A stretch of DNA of 64,000 bases from Candidatus Curtissbacteria bacterium RIFCSPLOWO2_12_FULL_41_16 (GTDB lineage Bacteria; Patescibacteriota; Microgenomatia; Curtissbacterales; GWA2-41-24). Positions 54,840 to 64,000 of this stretch are shown in pieces. The notes under the pieces were generated by a model. The model was given only the letters and a program-made list of their open reading frames with translations, ran no database searches and was not told where the DNA came from. Location: the NCBI GenBank assembly GCA_001776545.1, contig MFBZ01000022.1:14065-78064 (forward strand). The letters run 5' to 3'. Position numbers and translations under genes: made by a program. The number at the start of each line of letters is the position of its first letter. Position 1 is the first letter of the stretch.

Positions 54840-55619
54840 ATGGAAAGGCAAGAGCCTGAGGTACCAATGATTGTCAAAAAGCGCTGGTTTTTAGATTTTA
54901 AGCCAGAAGAAATTGAGATAATCCGGCAAAATCGAGAAACTGTGGTGGTTGTTGATCTTTGGGCGGCAACAACCAACATTGTTTTGATGCTTGCCAAAAA
55001 ACCTCAAAGATTGATTTTAGTCAGCGACGATAAATTTCCGGAAGCCGAAAAAGTTTATCCCCAGTCAGTTCTAATTGGTCAGAGCAAGGTCATCCCCGAG
55101 GAAAAGTTTGCTTCCTCATCTAATAAATCTTCGGATGTGGATAAGGTGGATATTGCGGGAAAAGTAGTCTTATATGTGACGTTTAACGGGACACGAGTTT
55201 TGGAGGCATTTTCCAGTAATGAGAAGGGGTTAATCTTTGCGGGGTCGATGACAAATCTTGAGGCGCTTGTCTTACGACTGAGGGGTTTGAGCCCCAGTAA
55301 GGTAAATGTTGTGGCGTCTGGAAATTTGACCGGTGAAATGGGGGGTGTGGTTTTTATCGAAGATTTTCTTGGAGCGGAGATTATTGAAAAGAAGCTGAAA
55401 GGTCAGGAGCTTGATTTTCAGGCGGCTGCCGAAATGATGAAGCAGGAGATGCTAAAGTATTACCCAGCTGATTTAGAAGAAGCAGAAGACAAAGTTTGGC
55501 CCTACATTTTTGGGCAACAGACCAACATTTTGCCGACAGCTTTTATCAATAACGAGGGTTTTGTGGAGGCGGTTCGACCCTTCGGTTATACTCAGGGCCA
55601 TTGGCTTCGTTCAGGATAA
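54840..55619 (+). CDS. 2-phosphosulfolactate phosphatase (ComB) family protein
   Basis: 259 aa whose size and pattern (VVVVDLWAATTNIV..., FAGS, VVASGN) resemble ComB-family phosphatases. The start is probably the internal MIVKK at 54867. The C-terminal 16 aa are encoded by a copy of the short GC-rich repeat. Confidence 0.5.
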   Translation: MERQEPEVPMIVKKRWFLDFKPEEIEIIRQNRETVVVVDLWAATTNIVLMLAKKPQRLILVSDDKFPEAEKVYPQSVLIGQSKVIPEEKFASSSNKSSDVDKVDIAGKVVLYVTFNGTRVLEAFSSNEKGLIFAGSMTNLEALVLRLRGLSPSKVNVVASGNLTGEMGGVVFIEDFLGAEIIEKKLKGQELDFQAAAEMMKQEMLKYYPADLEEAEDKVWPYIFGQQTNILPTAFINNEGFVEAVRPFGYTQGHWLRSG

Positions 55620-55625
55620 ATTGTT

Positions 55626-57506
55626 ATGGATCAGAAGGACGAGGTTAAAAGTAAGGTTGATTTGGTTGAAGTTATTGCTTCATATATTCCCCTAAAAAAA
55701 ATGGGCAGGAATTTTGCCGGACTTTGCCCGTTTCATTCCGAGAAGACCCCCTCGTTTATGGTTTCTGCCGAAAGGCAGGCTTTTAAATGTTTTGGGTGTA
55801 ACGAGTCAGGTGACGTCTATACTTTTTTAGAAAAAATGGAAGGATGGGATTTTCGGGAAGCCCTGGAGGAGATGGCCAAGAAGGCAGGAGTTGTGCTTGC
55901 CGACTTTAAACCGAGCGGAGTCCAAAAAAATAAGGAAAAGTTAATTGAGATAAATAAGAAAGCCCTGCAATTTTACAAATATTTATTAAATAAACATCCG
56001 ATAGGCGAGACGGCAAGAAAATACCTTATTAGCCGTGGAGTGACCCAAGAGTTTTGGGAGAAATTTGATTTGGGGTATGCTCCGGCTGGCTGGGAAAATC
56101 TTTCCAAATTTTTAAAAAAAAGAGGGTACGACCTTGCGGATATGGCAACAGCAGGGCTTATGATTGCCCGCCTGATGGTGCCTCGAGTGCAGGCGAGCGG
56201 CGGGCAGGGAAGAGACACAAAAGGACCCGGCTTTTCGGAAGGCGGGTATTATGACAGGTTTCGTAATCGGATTATTTTTCCCCTCAAAGACGGGCGGGGT
56301 ACGGTCCTGGGATTTTCGGGCAGGACTATCGATGACGCACAGAAAGAGGCCCCACTTCGCTCAAAGAGTTTCGAGGGGCAAGCAAAGTACATTAATTCTC
56401 CAGAGACGTCTATTTATAACAAGGGTTCGTTGCTTTTTGGTTTGGACGTGGCAAGAGGCGCAATTCGAGACAAGAAAGAAACTGTTTTGGTTGAAGGCGA
56501 ATTTGACGTGATTTCGGCACATAAGGCAGGCGTTTTTAATGTAGTGGCATCTAAAGGGACGGCCCTGACAGAAAGGCAAGTTGTAATCCTTTCGCGGCTT
56601 GCAGAGAAGGTGGTACTTTGTTTTGATACAGATTTGGCGGGAGACGCAGCAGCCAGGCGAGGCATTGAGCTATTGGATCTTGCGGGTCTTGATATTTGTG
56701 TGGTTAGACTTGGAAAGCATAAAGATCCTGACGATTTTGCCCAAAAGGATCCTGCCGGTTTTAAAAAGGCAATAAGTAATGCTTTGAATGTTTATGATTA
56801 TTTTCTTGAATCGGCAACGGCAAGATATGATCCGAAAACGGCAGACGGCAAAAAGAAAATAGGTCAGGAAATTCTACCTGTTCTTGCAAGAATTTCAGAT
56901 GATTTGGTAAGGGCTCATTATACGGATAAGCTCGCGAGGGTTTTGGATTTGGAAGTGACTCTGGTCGCGGCAGCAGTTGACAAAAAAATGGGCAGTCTTT
57001 TTACAACTTTGCAAACAGGGGGAGTTGGAGCGTCCGTCAAAAGCAAGTTAAGCCTTGAGGAATATTTTTTGGCCCTTTTTATTTCACAAGACGAAATAGT
57101 GACTAGTTTTGTGGTTGATGTTAAACCTGGCGATTTTGAAAATGAAAAGGCGGCAAGTTTTTGGAAATGGCTTCGTGATATAATCAGGGCTTCCCAAGCG
57201 CGGACAGGCCATCGTTTGGGCGAAAAGCCCAAAAGTTTAAAAAGGTTACTAGAAAAGCTACCTGGCGATTTGGGAAGTTTTGTTGACCATCTTTATCTTG
57301 CAAATATAAGTCCTGCTTTTGGCGAAAAGGAATTTTGGGCTCAGGAAGTGGCTAAAATTGCTCAAAGAATTAAGAAAGAATCTTTAAAGCGGCAACTTTT
57401 TGAAGTGTCACGGCGTTTAAAAACGGCCCAAGCTGAAAAGAACATGCGCAAGATGACGATTTTGACAAAAAGATTTGATCAGATAGCAAAATATCTTAAA
57501 TCTTAA
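55626..57506 (+). CDS. dnaG: DNA primase DnaG
   Basis: 626 aa with an N-terminal zinc finger ([11 protein letters not shown]...CFGC), a TOPRIM domain (EGEFDVIS) and a C-terminal helical domain. rpoD follows. Confidence 0.85.
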   Translation: MDQKDEVKSKVDLVEVIASYIPLKKMGRNFAGLCPFHSEKTPSFMVSAERQAFKCFGCNESGDVYTFLEKMEGWDFREALEEMAKKAGVVLADFKPSGVQKNKEKLIEINKKALQFYKYLLNKHPIGETARKYLISRGVTQEFWEKFDLGYAPAGWENLSKFLKKRGYDLADMATAGLMIARLMVPRVQASGGQGRDTKGPGFSEGGYYDRFRNRIIFPLKDGRGTVLGFSGRTIDDAQKEAPLRSKSFEGQAKYINSPETSIYNKGSLLFGLDVARGAIRDKKETVLVEGEFDVISAHKAGVFNVVASKGTALTERQVVILSRLAEKVVLCFDTDLAGDAAARRGIELLDLAGLDICVVRLGKHKDPDDFAQKDPAGFKKAISNALNVYDYFLESATARYDPKTADGKKKIGQEILPVLARISDDLVRAHYTDKLARVLDLEVTLVAAAVDKKMGSLFTTLQTGGVGASVKSKLSLEEYFLALFISQDEIVTSFVVDVKPGDFENEKAASFWKWLRDIIRASQARTGHRLGEKPKSLKRLLEKLPGDLGSFVDHLYLANISPAFGEKEFWAQEVAKIAQRIKKESLKRQLFEVSRRLKTAQAEKNMRKMTILTKRFDQIAKYLKS

Positions 57507-57517
57507 GGAGGTCAGTC

Positions 57518-58648
57518 ATGAAAAAGATATCGAGGCGAGGCGACAAACAAGTAACAGAAAAAGAAGAAAAAAAGATCGACATAAAGCTTGAAATTCGCAA
57601 GCTCGTAAAACGAGGGCGAGAACAAGGCTTTGTGACTCAAGATGATGTTTTGGCAATATTTACCAACCCTGAAAATTCAGTAAGCGAAGTTGATGATTTG
57701 TATCATAAGTTTCTCGAAGAGGGGATAGATGTTTTTGACACAACAGAGTTTGACGTCGGTGAGGCGGCAAAGCCGATTTCAGAACTTGAAAAAGAACTGG
57801 AAAGTTTGACAGCGCTCGAGGAAGGTTATCTTTCTGATCCGGTTAGGATGTATCTTCGGGAGATCGGCAGAGTTTCGCTTTTAACCTATGAGGAGGAAGT
57901 TGCACTGGCAAAGAGAATTGAAAAAAATGACAAGCGCGCAAGGGAGAGATTAATCAATGCTAACTTGCGGCTGGTGGTTTCTATCGCCAAGAAGTATGTC
58001 AATCGAGGCTTGACCCTTCTGGATCTTATTGAGGAAGGGAACATTGGATTGATGCGTGCCGTTGTCAAGTATGATTGGCGGCGAGGCTATAAATTCTCAA
58101 CCTATGCGACCTGGTGGATTCGGCAGGCGATAACGCGGGCGATTGCCGATCAGGCACGGACAATTCGAATCCCGGTGCACATGGTTGAGACTATCAATAA
58201 GTTCAATCGAATTTCCAGGAAATTAATGCAGGAGTTGGGCAGGGAGCCTGGACCCGAAGAAGTGGCTGGCGAAATGGGAGTTGGGGAGGATAAGGTACGG
58301 GAAATTATTAAAGTTTCCCAGGAGCCGGCATCTTTGGAGGCACCGGTTGGGGAGGAAGAGGATAGCCGGCTTGGCGATTTTATTCAAGATGTTTCAGCAA
58401 GTCCAACAGATCAGGCAACACAGGCGCTTTTAAAGGATCACATCCGTGAGGTACTTTCGACTTTATCGCCGCGTGAAGCTAAGGTTTTGGAATACCGGTT
58501 TGGTCTTGAGGACGGGAAGCAGAGGACTTTGGAGGAGGTTGGTCGGGAGTTTGGGGTGACCCGAGAGCGAATTAGGCAAATTGAGGCTAAGGCTATTCGC
58601 AAATTGCGACATCCAACCCGGGCAAAAAAACTACGGGATTATTTGTAA
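57518..58648 (+). CDS. rpoD: RNA polymerase sigma-70 factor RpoD/SigA
   Basis: 376 aa with region 2 ([28 protein letters not shown]), region 3 and region 4 ([12 protein letters not shown]...[26 protein letters not shown]). Confidence 0.9.
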   Translation: MKKISRRGDKQVTEKEEKKIDIKLEIRKLVKRGREQGFVTQDDVLAIFTNPENSVSEVDDLYHKFLEEGIDVFDTTEFDVGEAAKPISELEKELESLTALEEGYLSDPVRMYLREIGRVSLLTYEEEVALAKRIEKNDKRARERLINANLRLVVSIAKKYVNRGLTLLDLIEEGNIGLMRAVVKYDWRRGYKFSTYATWWIRQAITRAIADQARTIRIPVHMVETINKFNRISRKLMQELGREPGPEEVAGEMGVGEDKVREIIKVSQEPASLEAPVGEEEDSRLGDFIQDVSASPTDQATQALLKDHIREVLSTLSPREAKVLEYRFGLEDGKQRTLEEVGREFGVTRERIRQIEAKAIRKLRHPTRAKKLRDYL

Positions 58649-58752
58649 TTCTCAGCACATTGAGTCAGACTCGATGGGGAGCCCGAAAGGAATAGATTTC
58701 AAATTCGACTTTGTGAGTTTGACAAAGGTGGGCTTGTGATGACAAACTGAGA

Positions 58753-59028
58753 TTGATGTTAACTAATTTGTCGACCGTTGTTTTGGTGGTGGTTATTCTG
58801 GTTTCTATCTCTGCCACATACAATGCTTATCTGCTGCGCGGGGGCAAACTTGCCTGGAGTGAAATCCTGATTGTTTTGGGAATGGTTTCCTTTGTATTTT
58901 CGGTTGTGCTTTCTAAAGTTTTCCCCCAGCAACAGCTTATGGGAGTAACTCTTGCCGATCTTGCCAACGTTTTGGGTTTTGTTTTTTTGCTTTTCGCTTC
59001 TTTGAAAATGCGCTTTGCCCTTAGATAG
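58753..59028 (+). CDS. Small membrane protein (hypothetical)
   Basis: 91 aa with three hydrophobic helices. Confidence 0.3.
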   Translation: MMLTNLSTVVLVVVILVSISATYNAYLLRGGKLAWSEILIVLGMVSFVFSVVLSKVFPQQQLMGVTLADLANVLGFVFLLFASLKMRFALR

Positions 59029-59075
59029 TATTTTCGTGCTTTCCAGATTAATTCTCCACGTGGTTTAATATCAGC

Positions 59076-59339
59076 ATGGATTTTTTGAAGTGGCTTTTTT
59101 CACATCGGACTTGGCTTTGGCATAAATGGCTGGTTATTGCCCAAGCAATTGGTAATTTCCAGGCGCAGGTAATTTTGAGCCTGTTTTATCTGGTGATTCT
59201 TTTGCCAGTCGGATTGATGTTCAGGTTTTTGGCAGACCCGCTTCGCTTACGCTGGCAGAAAGCCCTTCGCCAGAAAACTAATTTCGGAAAGTGGGAGCAT
59301 CCGAAAGAGAACCTTGGGGAGGCAAGGAAGCAGTATTAG
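59076..59339 (+). CDS. Small membrane protein (hypothetical)
   Basis: 87 aa with one or two hydrophobic helices. Confidence 0.3.
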   Translation: MDFLKWLFSHRTWLWHKWLVIAQAIGNFQAQVILSLFYLVILLPVGLMFRFLADPLRLRWQKALRQKTNFGKWEHPKENLGEARKQY

Positions 59340-59409
59340 TAAGAATTTTCAATATTCAAAAATTAAATTTTCAATGAAAATTTCAAATTTCAAATTTCAA
59401 ATTTAAAGA

Positions 59410-61197
59410 ATGTACATTCTTGGGATTTCCTGTTTTTATCATGAGTCGGCAGCTTGCCTTTTAAAAGATGGAAAAGTGGTAGCGGCCAGCGCTGAGGAGC
59501 GGTTTAGTCGCAAAAAACATGACAGTGAATTTCCGAAATTGGCGGTGGGGTTTTGTCTTAAAAAAGCGGGAATTACCGCCGCTGATCTTGATTTTGTGGT
59601 TTTTTACGAAAAGCCTTTTTGGAAATTTTCCAGAATTTTACTTTCTACTTTGGTCTCGTGGCCTTTGGCTTTCCGGCTTTTCGCTAAAGCAATGATTACT
59701 TGGATTTCCGGCAAGCTTTGGGTGAGATCGATTATTGGTGAGGAGTTGAGGGTTGACGTAAAAAAGATTTTGTTTGTGCCTCATCATGTTTCGCACGCGG
59801 CGGCGAGTTTTTATCCTTCAGGTTTTCGTGAAGCGGCGATTTTAACTTGCGATGCGGTAGGGGAATGGACTACAACAACGCTGGGGTTTGGTGAAGGAAC
59901 AAATATAAAGATTGAAAAAGAAATTAAATTTCCACACAGTTTGGGACTTTTGTATTCGGTCTTTACGGCATTTTTGGGATTTGAGGTAAACGACGGCGAG
60001 TACAAAGTTATGGGTATGGCGCCGTATGGCAAACCAAAGTATCTGGATCGGGTCAAGAAACTGGTCAAGGTTTATCCGGACGGCTCGTTTTCTTTGAAAA
60101 TGGAGTATTTTAAGTTTCATAAGTCGGTAGAGTACGCTTACGGCGAAAAGTTTGTCGAGCTTTTCGGCAATCCGAGGACCCGCGATTTGCACTTTTTTAC
60201 AAAGGGCTCCGGTTATCCTTCTTACTTTGGAGAAAGACCTGAGAACTATAAAGAGCTTTGCGGGTTGAATCAGAAGTATGCCGATATTGCTGCTTCCATC
60301 CAGGCGTTTACAGAGGAGACAATTTTGAAGTTGGCTGATTATGTACATCAGCAGACCAAGATGGAAAATCTGTGCATCGGCGGCGGCGTTGGATTAAATA
60401 GCGTGGCCAACGGTTTGCTCTTGAGGCGCGGGCCTTTTAAGCGGATTTTTGTGCAGCCGGCGGCGGGGGATGACGGCGGAAGTATTGGAGCGGCTTTGTA
60501 TGTTTATCATCAGATATTGGGTAAAAGACGAATCTTTGTTCAGGATAATTGTTATTTCGGGGCTGAATTTGGTGAGGCTGAGATTGAAAGTTTTCTTAAA
60601 AAGAAGCGAGTTAAGTACAGAAAAATTGGGACTGAGGAAAAGTTAGTTGACTATCTATCTGGCGAGATTGTTTCCGGGAAAGTTGTCGGTTTTTTCCACG
60701 GGAGAGCGGAGTGGGGTCCGCGGGCACTTGGAGCAAGATCAATAATTGCTGATCCGAGGCGGGAGGAAATGAAGGAGATAGTCAATACAAAAATAAAATT
60801 CAGGGAACCTTACCGGCCTTTTGCGCCGGTAGTTTTGGCTGAATATGCAGGCGATTATTTTGAGGTCGATGGATTGGCACACGAGGATTTAACTAAATTT
60901 ATGCTGGGTGTGTTTCCGGTGAAGAAGTCAGCAAAGAAAGTGATTCCGGCAGTGACTCATGTGGACGGGAGCGGCCGGCTACAGATAATAAGACGTGATC
61001 AAAACGCCCGCTACTACGATTTGATTAAGCGCTTCGGGGATTTGACGGGAGTCTACGTTTTGATGAATACCTCTTTTAATTTAAAAGGTGAACCGATTGT
61101 CAATTCGCCCGAGGATGCTTTGAATACTTTTTCAAAATCGGGCCTCGACATTTTGGCGCTGGAGAGATATATTGTTTTGAAAGAAGATGTTAAGTAA
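59410..61197 (+). CDS. Carbamoyltransferase (NodU/CmcH/TobZ family)
   Basis: 595 aa with an N-terminal MYILGISCFYHESAACLLKDGKVVAASAEERFSRKKHD segment and a C-terminal YrdC-like/Kae1-like arrangement, typical of the family. Confidence 0.75.
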   Translation: MYILGISCFYHESAACLLKDGKVVAASAEERFSRKKHDSEFPKLAVGFCLKKAGITAADLDFVVFYEKPFWKFSRILLSTLVSWPLAFRLFAKAMITWISGKLWVRSIIGEELRVDVKKILFVPHHVSHAAASFYPSGFREAAILTCDAVGEWTTTTLGFGEGTNIKIEKEIKFPHSLGLLYSVFTAFLGFEVNDGEYKVMGMAPYGKPKYLDRVKKLVKVYPDGSFSLKMEYFKFHKSVEYAYGEKFVELFGNPRTRDLHFFTKGSGYPSYFGERPENYKELCGLNQKYADIAASIQAFTEETILKLADYVHQQTKMENLCIGGGVGLNSVANGLLLRRGPFKRIFVQPAAGDDGGSIGAALYVYHQILGKRRIFVQDNCYFGAEFGEAEIESFLKKKRVKYRKIGTEEKLVDYLSGEIVSGKVVGFFHGRAEWGPRALGARSIIADPRREEMKEIVNTKIKFREPYRPFAPVVLAEYAGDYFEVDGLAHEDLTKFMLGVFPVKKSAKKVIPAVTHVDGSGRLQIIRRDQNARYYDLIKRFGDLTGVYVLMNTSFNLKGEPIVNSPEDALNTFSKSGLDILALERYIVLKEDVK

Positions 61198-61489
61198 TTG
61201 TTATATTGCTATATTGTTAAATTGTTAAATTGTTAAAGAACAATAAGCGAAGCTTTTCTTTGAATAAAAAAATTCAACAATCTAACAATTGAAATTATGC
61301 GGTTTTTTAAATCATTTTTTTCAAGAGGTTCAGAAGCAAGAGACTTAATTGAGTTTTTGTGGAAGGCAAAACTTTGGTTTTTGATTCCTTTTGTGGCGGT
61401 GCTTTTATTATTTGGGTTCCTTCTGATTTTTGCCCAGGCTACAGGTGTCGCCCCTTTTATCTACACCCTTTTTTAGTCAAAGAGGAAAT

Positions 61490-61840
61490 TTATTTAAAGG
61501 TAAATATAAGAATTGAGAGAATAGTTAGAATAACATAGTGGATAATTGCAGCGAAAAAGAAACTCACGGGAATAGTTTTGAATTCTAAGGTGTGTTGTCT
61601 AAAAGATTCTACTAAGAAAGAAAAGATACTAGCGATTATTGCAAACGCAAATGCAACGTAGGCAGTTATGAAGAAGAGTGTTATATCTGGTTTCCCTTCA
61701 AAAAAACCCCAAAGATAACCGAAGAAGAATATGAAGGGATAACCGATAATGGGAATAAAAAGAGGCCAAATTTGAATCTTTCTCATTGCAGTCGTTTCAT
61801 ATAATGTAGCTCCTTCAATTTTAGAACCAGCTCGTGTCAC
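61490..61840 (-). CDS. Small polytopic membrane protein (hypothetical)
   Basis: 116 aa with three or four TM helices. Confidence 0.3.
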   Translation of the reverse strand: MTRAGSKIEGATLYETTAMRKIQIWPLFIPIIGYPFIFFFGYLWGFFEGKPDITLFFITAYVAFAFAIIASIFSFLVESFRQHTLEFKTIPVSFFFAAIIHYVILTILSILIFTFK

Positions 61841-61880
61841 GTTGCAAAGATTGCATGAAACTTGGCATAATTTGCGCTAA

Positions 61881-64000
61881 GTGAAAAAGTTTCCCTCCGA
61901 TTCAAAATTTCTGCTTTTAATTGTTGCAATTTTTACTTTTCTTTCGCTTCTTTTGTTCTGGCCGGTTTTTTTAGGGAAAGTTAATTTAAACGGTAATCTT
62001 TTGGTTTCTTTTTACGCGCCGTTTGGCCAGAATTTGCCTTTTAAAAATACCGGCTGGGATCAGCTTAGAATATACTTTCCCTTTTACAGAGTTGCCCTTG
62101 ATGCAATAAAAAATTTTAGTTTGCCGCTTTGGAATCCTTACGCGTTTTCCGGACATCCGCACATGGCGGATTTCCAGACTGCGGTATTTTACCCACTTTC
62201 CATCTTTGGGTTAGTATTGCCCCAGATTGAATTTTGGCACCTGTTGCGTATTACACCGACAATTCTAGCTTCATTTTTTACCTTTCTGTTTCTTAAGAAT
62301 TTGAGATTGTCGATGCTCGCCGCCATTTTTGGATCGCTGACTTTCGGCTTTAGCCCTTTTATTTTGACTTGGGGGGAGGAAGTGGTGATGAGCCCGCATT
62401 CAATTGTTTGGCTGCCGTTAATTCTATGGGCGATTGATCGATATTTAGGTTTTCTGGCTCACCACCGGGGAGTCCCCTTCGGCTTCGCTCAGGGCAAGCA
62501 AGCCCACCACGGGGGTATTGCTGGGCGGTTTTTCTTGGTAATCATTGCCCTTTCCACGGCCTCCTCCTTTTTTGGCGGCTATATGCAGACTACAATTTAT
62601 ATGTTTATTTTTATTTTTGCCTATCTTATCCTTAGAATTTGGCGTAATTCCGTACGTGTCAACTCAAGACACCCTTGGGGTGAATTAGCTTTACACCTGC
62701 GGATTTTGGGAAGTTTTGGTGTTGGAGTTGGCTTGGCGGCCGTTCAACTTTTGCCTTCTGCCGAACTTTATTTTAGCTCTGCCAGATCGCAAATTGTTCT
62801 CCGTCAGACCTTGTTCGATTTTTTACTGCCCATAGAATCGCTTTTAACCTACCTGGCCCCCGATTTTTTTGGGCATCCGGCCACGGGAAACTTCTTTAGA
62901 CCAGGCGTTGCCCAGTACTATGAAGGAATCTTGTTTGTAGGAGTGGCGGCCCTGATTTTTGCAGCCTATGCAATCCTTAATCAGAAGCAGGATAAGTTGG
63001 TCGGCTTTTTGGCAATTTTTGGATTGGTTGCTGCCTCGACAACATTTGATTTGCCAACCGCAAGACTTTTTTTATCTTTGCCGGTTCCATTTCTTTCGAC
63101 ATCGATTGCCAGCAGAGTTCTTTTTATTCCGGCTTTTTGTCTTTCAATTTTGGCAGCCATTGGCCTTGAACGGTGGCTGGCAAGTAAAGACAGAATGGTA
63201 CTGAAAATTATTTTTAGCTTTGGCGTAGTTTACGCGGTAATTATTTTGATTCTTTTGGTGATTAAGTTTTTTCACCTTAATTACTTTGAACATGCCAAAT
63301 TTTTCTCCCAACAGAACGTGCTGGTTAGCTTGAGAAATTTAGTGGTGCCGATTTTCGTCTTCGGGCTAACGGCTACTTTAATCTTTTATGCTAGTTTTAA
63401 GGGGAAATTTAAACAACAGGCGGCTTTTTTGATTACTATTTTGGCCTTTTTGCATATTTTTTACTTTAGTCAAAAATATTTGTCGTTTAGTGAGCGAAAA
63501 TATGTTTTCCCCGAAAACCATGCTCTGAGTTTTATGGCTGAAAATCAAGGAATTTTCCGCTCCTGGGGAATCGGGGATGCTTTTTTGGAAAATAATTTTG
63601 CCAGCCAATACGGTATCTTTTGGCCCGAAGGTTACGATTCTTTGAACAATAGATCTTATGGGGAATTTACGTACGCGATGCAGGGAAATAAACTTTCTGA
63701 TTTCGTTTTTAGGGCCGATGCTGGATTTGGACGAGGGAAGACTGAGGAGCTACTTGGGAATCCAGACAGGCGAAGGCTTATCGATATGGTGGGAATTAAA
63801 TATGTAGTAGCCTTGAGTGATGAAGGGGAAGTGATGAGTCTTTATAACTTCAAAAAGGTTTTTTCAGATGGCAAATATGCGGTATTTGAAAATTTACAAG
63901 TTATGCCCAGAGTTTTTTTGGCTTCAAATTATGAAGGACCCCCGCCAGTTGAGGATGAAGGATTAAGGATTAAGGATGAAGGAAAAATGAGAAGAAGGTT
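61881..64000 (+). CDS. YfhO-family membrane protein (putative glycosyltransferase), partial at the 3' end
   Basis: GTG start at 61881, directly after an in-frame TAA. The translation (VKKFPSDSKFLLLIVAIFTFLSLLLFWPVFLGKVNLNGNLLVSFYAPFGQNLPFKNTGWDQLRIYFPFYRVALDAIKNFSLPLWNPYAFSGHPHMADFQ...) is typical of a YfhO N-terminus. The frame is open to the window end. It contains an in-frame 45-nt insert-like segment at about 62448-62505. Confidence 0.6.
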   Translation, partial: MKKFPSDSKFLLLIVAIFTFLSLLLFWPVFLGKVNLNGNLLVSFYAPFGQNLPFKNTGWDQLRIYFPFYRVALDAIKNFSLPLWNPYAFSGHPHMADFQTAVFYPLSIFGLVLPQIEFWHLLRITPTILASFFTFLFLKNLRLSMLAAIFGSLTFGFSPFILTWGEEVVMSPHSIVWLPLILWAIDRYLGFLAHHRGVPFGFAQGKQAHHGGIAGRFFLVIIALSTASSFFGGYMQTTIYMFIFIFAYLILRIWRNSVRVNSRHPWGELALHLRILGSFGVGVGLAAVQLLPSAELYFSSARSQIVLRQTLFDFLLPIESLLTYLAPDFFGHPATGNFFRPGVAQYYEGILFVGVAALIFAAYAILNQKQDKLVGFLAIFGLVAASTTFDLPTARLFLSLPVPFLSTSIASRVLFIPAFCLSILAAIGLERWLASKDRMVLKIIFSFGVVYAVIILILLVIKFFHLNYFEHAKFFSQQNVLVSLRNLVVPIFVFGLTATLIFYASFKGKFKQQAAFLITILAFLHIFYFSQKYLSFSERKYVFPENHALSFMAENQGIFRSWGIGDAFLENNFASQYGIFWPEGYDSLNNRSYGEFTYAMQGNKLSDFVFRADAGFGRGKTEELLGNPDRRRLIDMVGIKYVVALSDEGEVMSLYNFKKVFSDGKYAVFENLQVMPRVFLASNYEGPPPVEDEGLRIKDEGKMRRR

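Noticed and set aside
54420-54997. Minus-strand ORFs 54420..54776 and 54788..54997
   Set aside because: They overlap tRNA-Ser(GGA), tRNA-Arg(CCG) and the ComB-like gene start. Spurious.

Overview
This window is a low-GC, gene-dense bacterial chromosome segment. It carries mostly small proteins, many of them membrane or hypothetical, and it resembles a reduced Patescibacteria/CPR-type genome; that assignment is inference only.

Four blocks are recognisable:
- 1-5459: a cell-envelope polysaccharide cluster on the minus strand (epimerase, Wzz-like protein, Wzx flippase, O-antigen-ligase-like protein, EamA transporter, rnhA).
- 5519-10977: the chromosomal replication origin neighbourhood, with jag, yidC, yidD, rnpA and rpmH on the minus strand facing dnaA and dnaN on the plus strand. 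The flanking intergenic regions are AT-rich and contain DnaA-box-like sites.
- 10957-33219: a large, mostly minus-strand locus that looks like a Gram-positive/CPR-style type IV secretion or conjugative-pilus system. It holds a VirB4-like ATPase, a PrgI/VirB3-like fusion protein, a VirB6/TrbL-like polytopic protein and six tandem paralogous small T4SS-pilin-like genes. It also holds a 1207-aa glycine-zipper membrane protein with a C-terminal HEMGH metalloprotease motif, a 1301-aa opposite-strand protein, a cysteine-rich secreted protein, and a frameshifted AbiE-like toxin-antitoxin module. Several genes here carry short tandem or homopolymer repeats in their 5' ends, which suggests phase variation.
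- 33452-64000: housekeeping genes (smpB, a minus-strand tmRNA, comF, dnaG, rpoD, a carbamoyltransferase, a YfhO-like glycosyltransferase) interrupted by an island-like region between about 42.8 and 54.8 kb. That region is bounded by clusters of four tRNA-Ser and two tRNA-Arg genes. It contains a large serine recombinase, several unknown genes, an ANT(6)-like nucleotidyltransferase, an S51 peptidase, an IS3-family element with a disrupted orfB, and three toxin-antitoxin pairs (VapBC, BrnTA, VapBC).

Several repeat families are visible:
- (ATTGYTAN)n 8-bp tandem arrays at nine or more intergenic sites.
- Three larger intergenic modules (called R1, R2 and R3 below) copied within the island; one of them is also copied immediately upstream of the tmRNA gene.
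- Palindromic elements flanking a Cas2/PaaX-like gene.
- A short GC-rich element embedded in frame inside three unrelated CDSs.

No CRISPR array or rRNA gene was seen.
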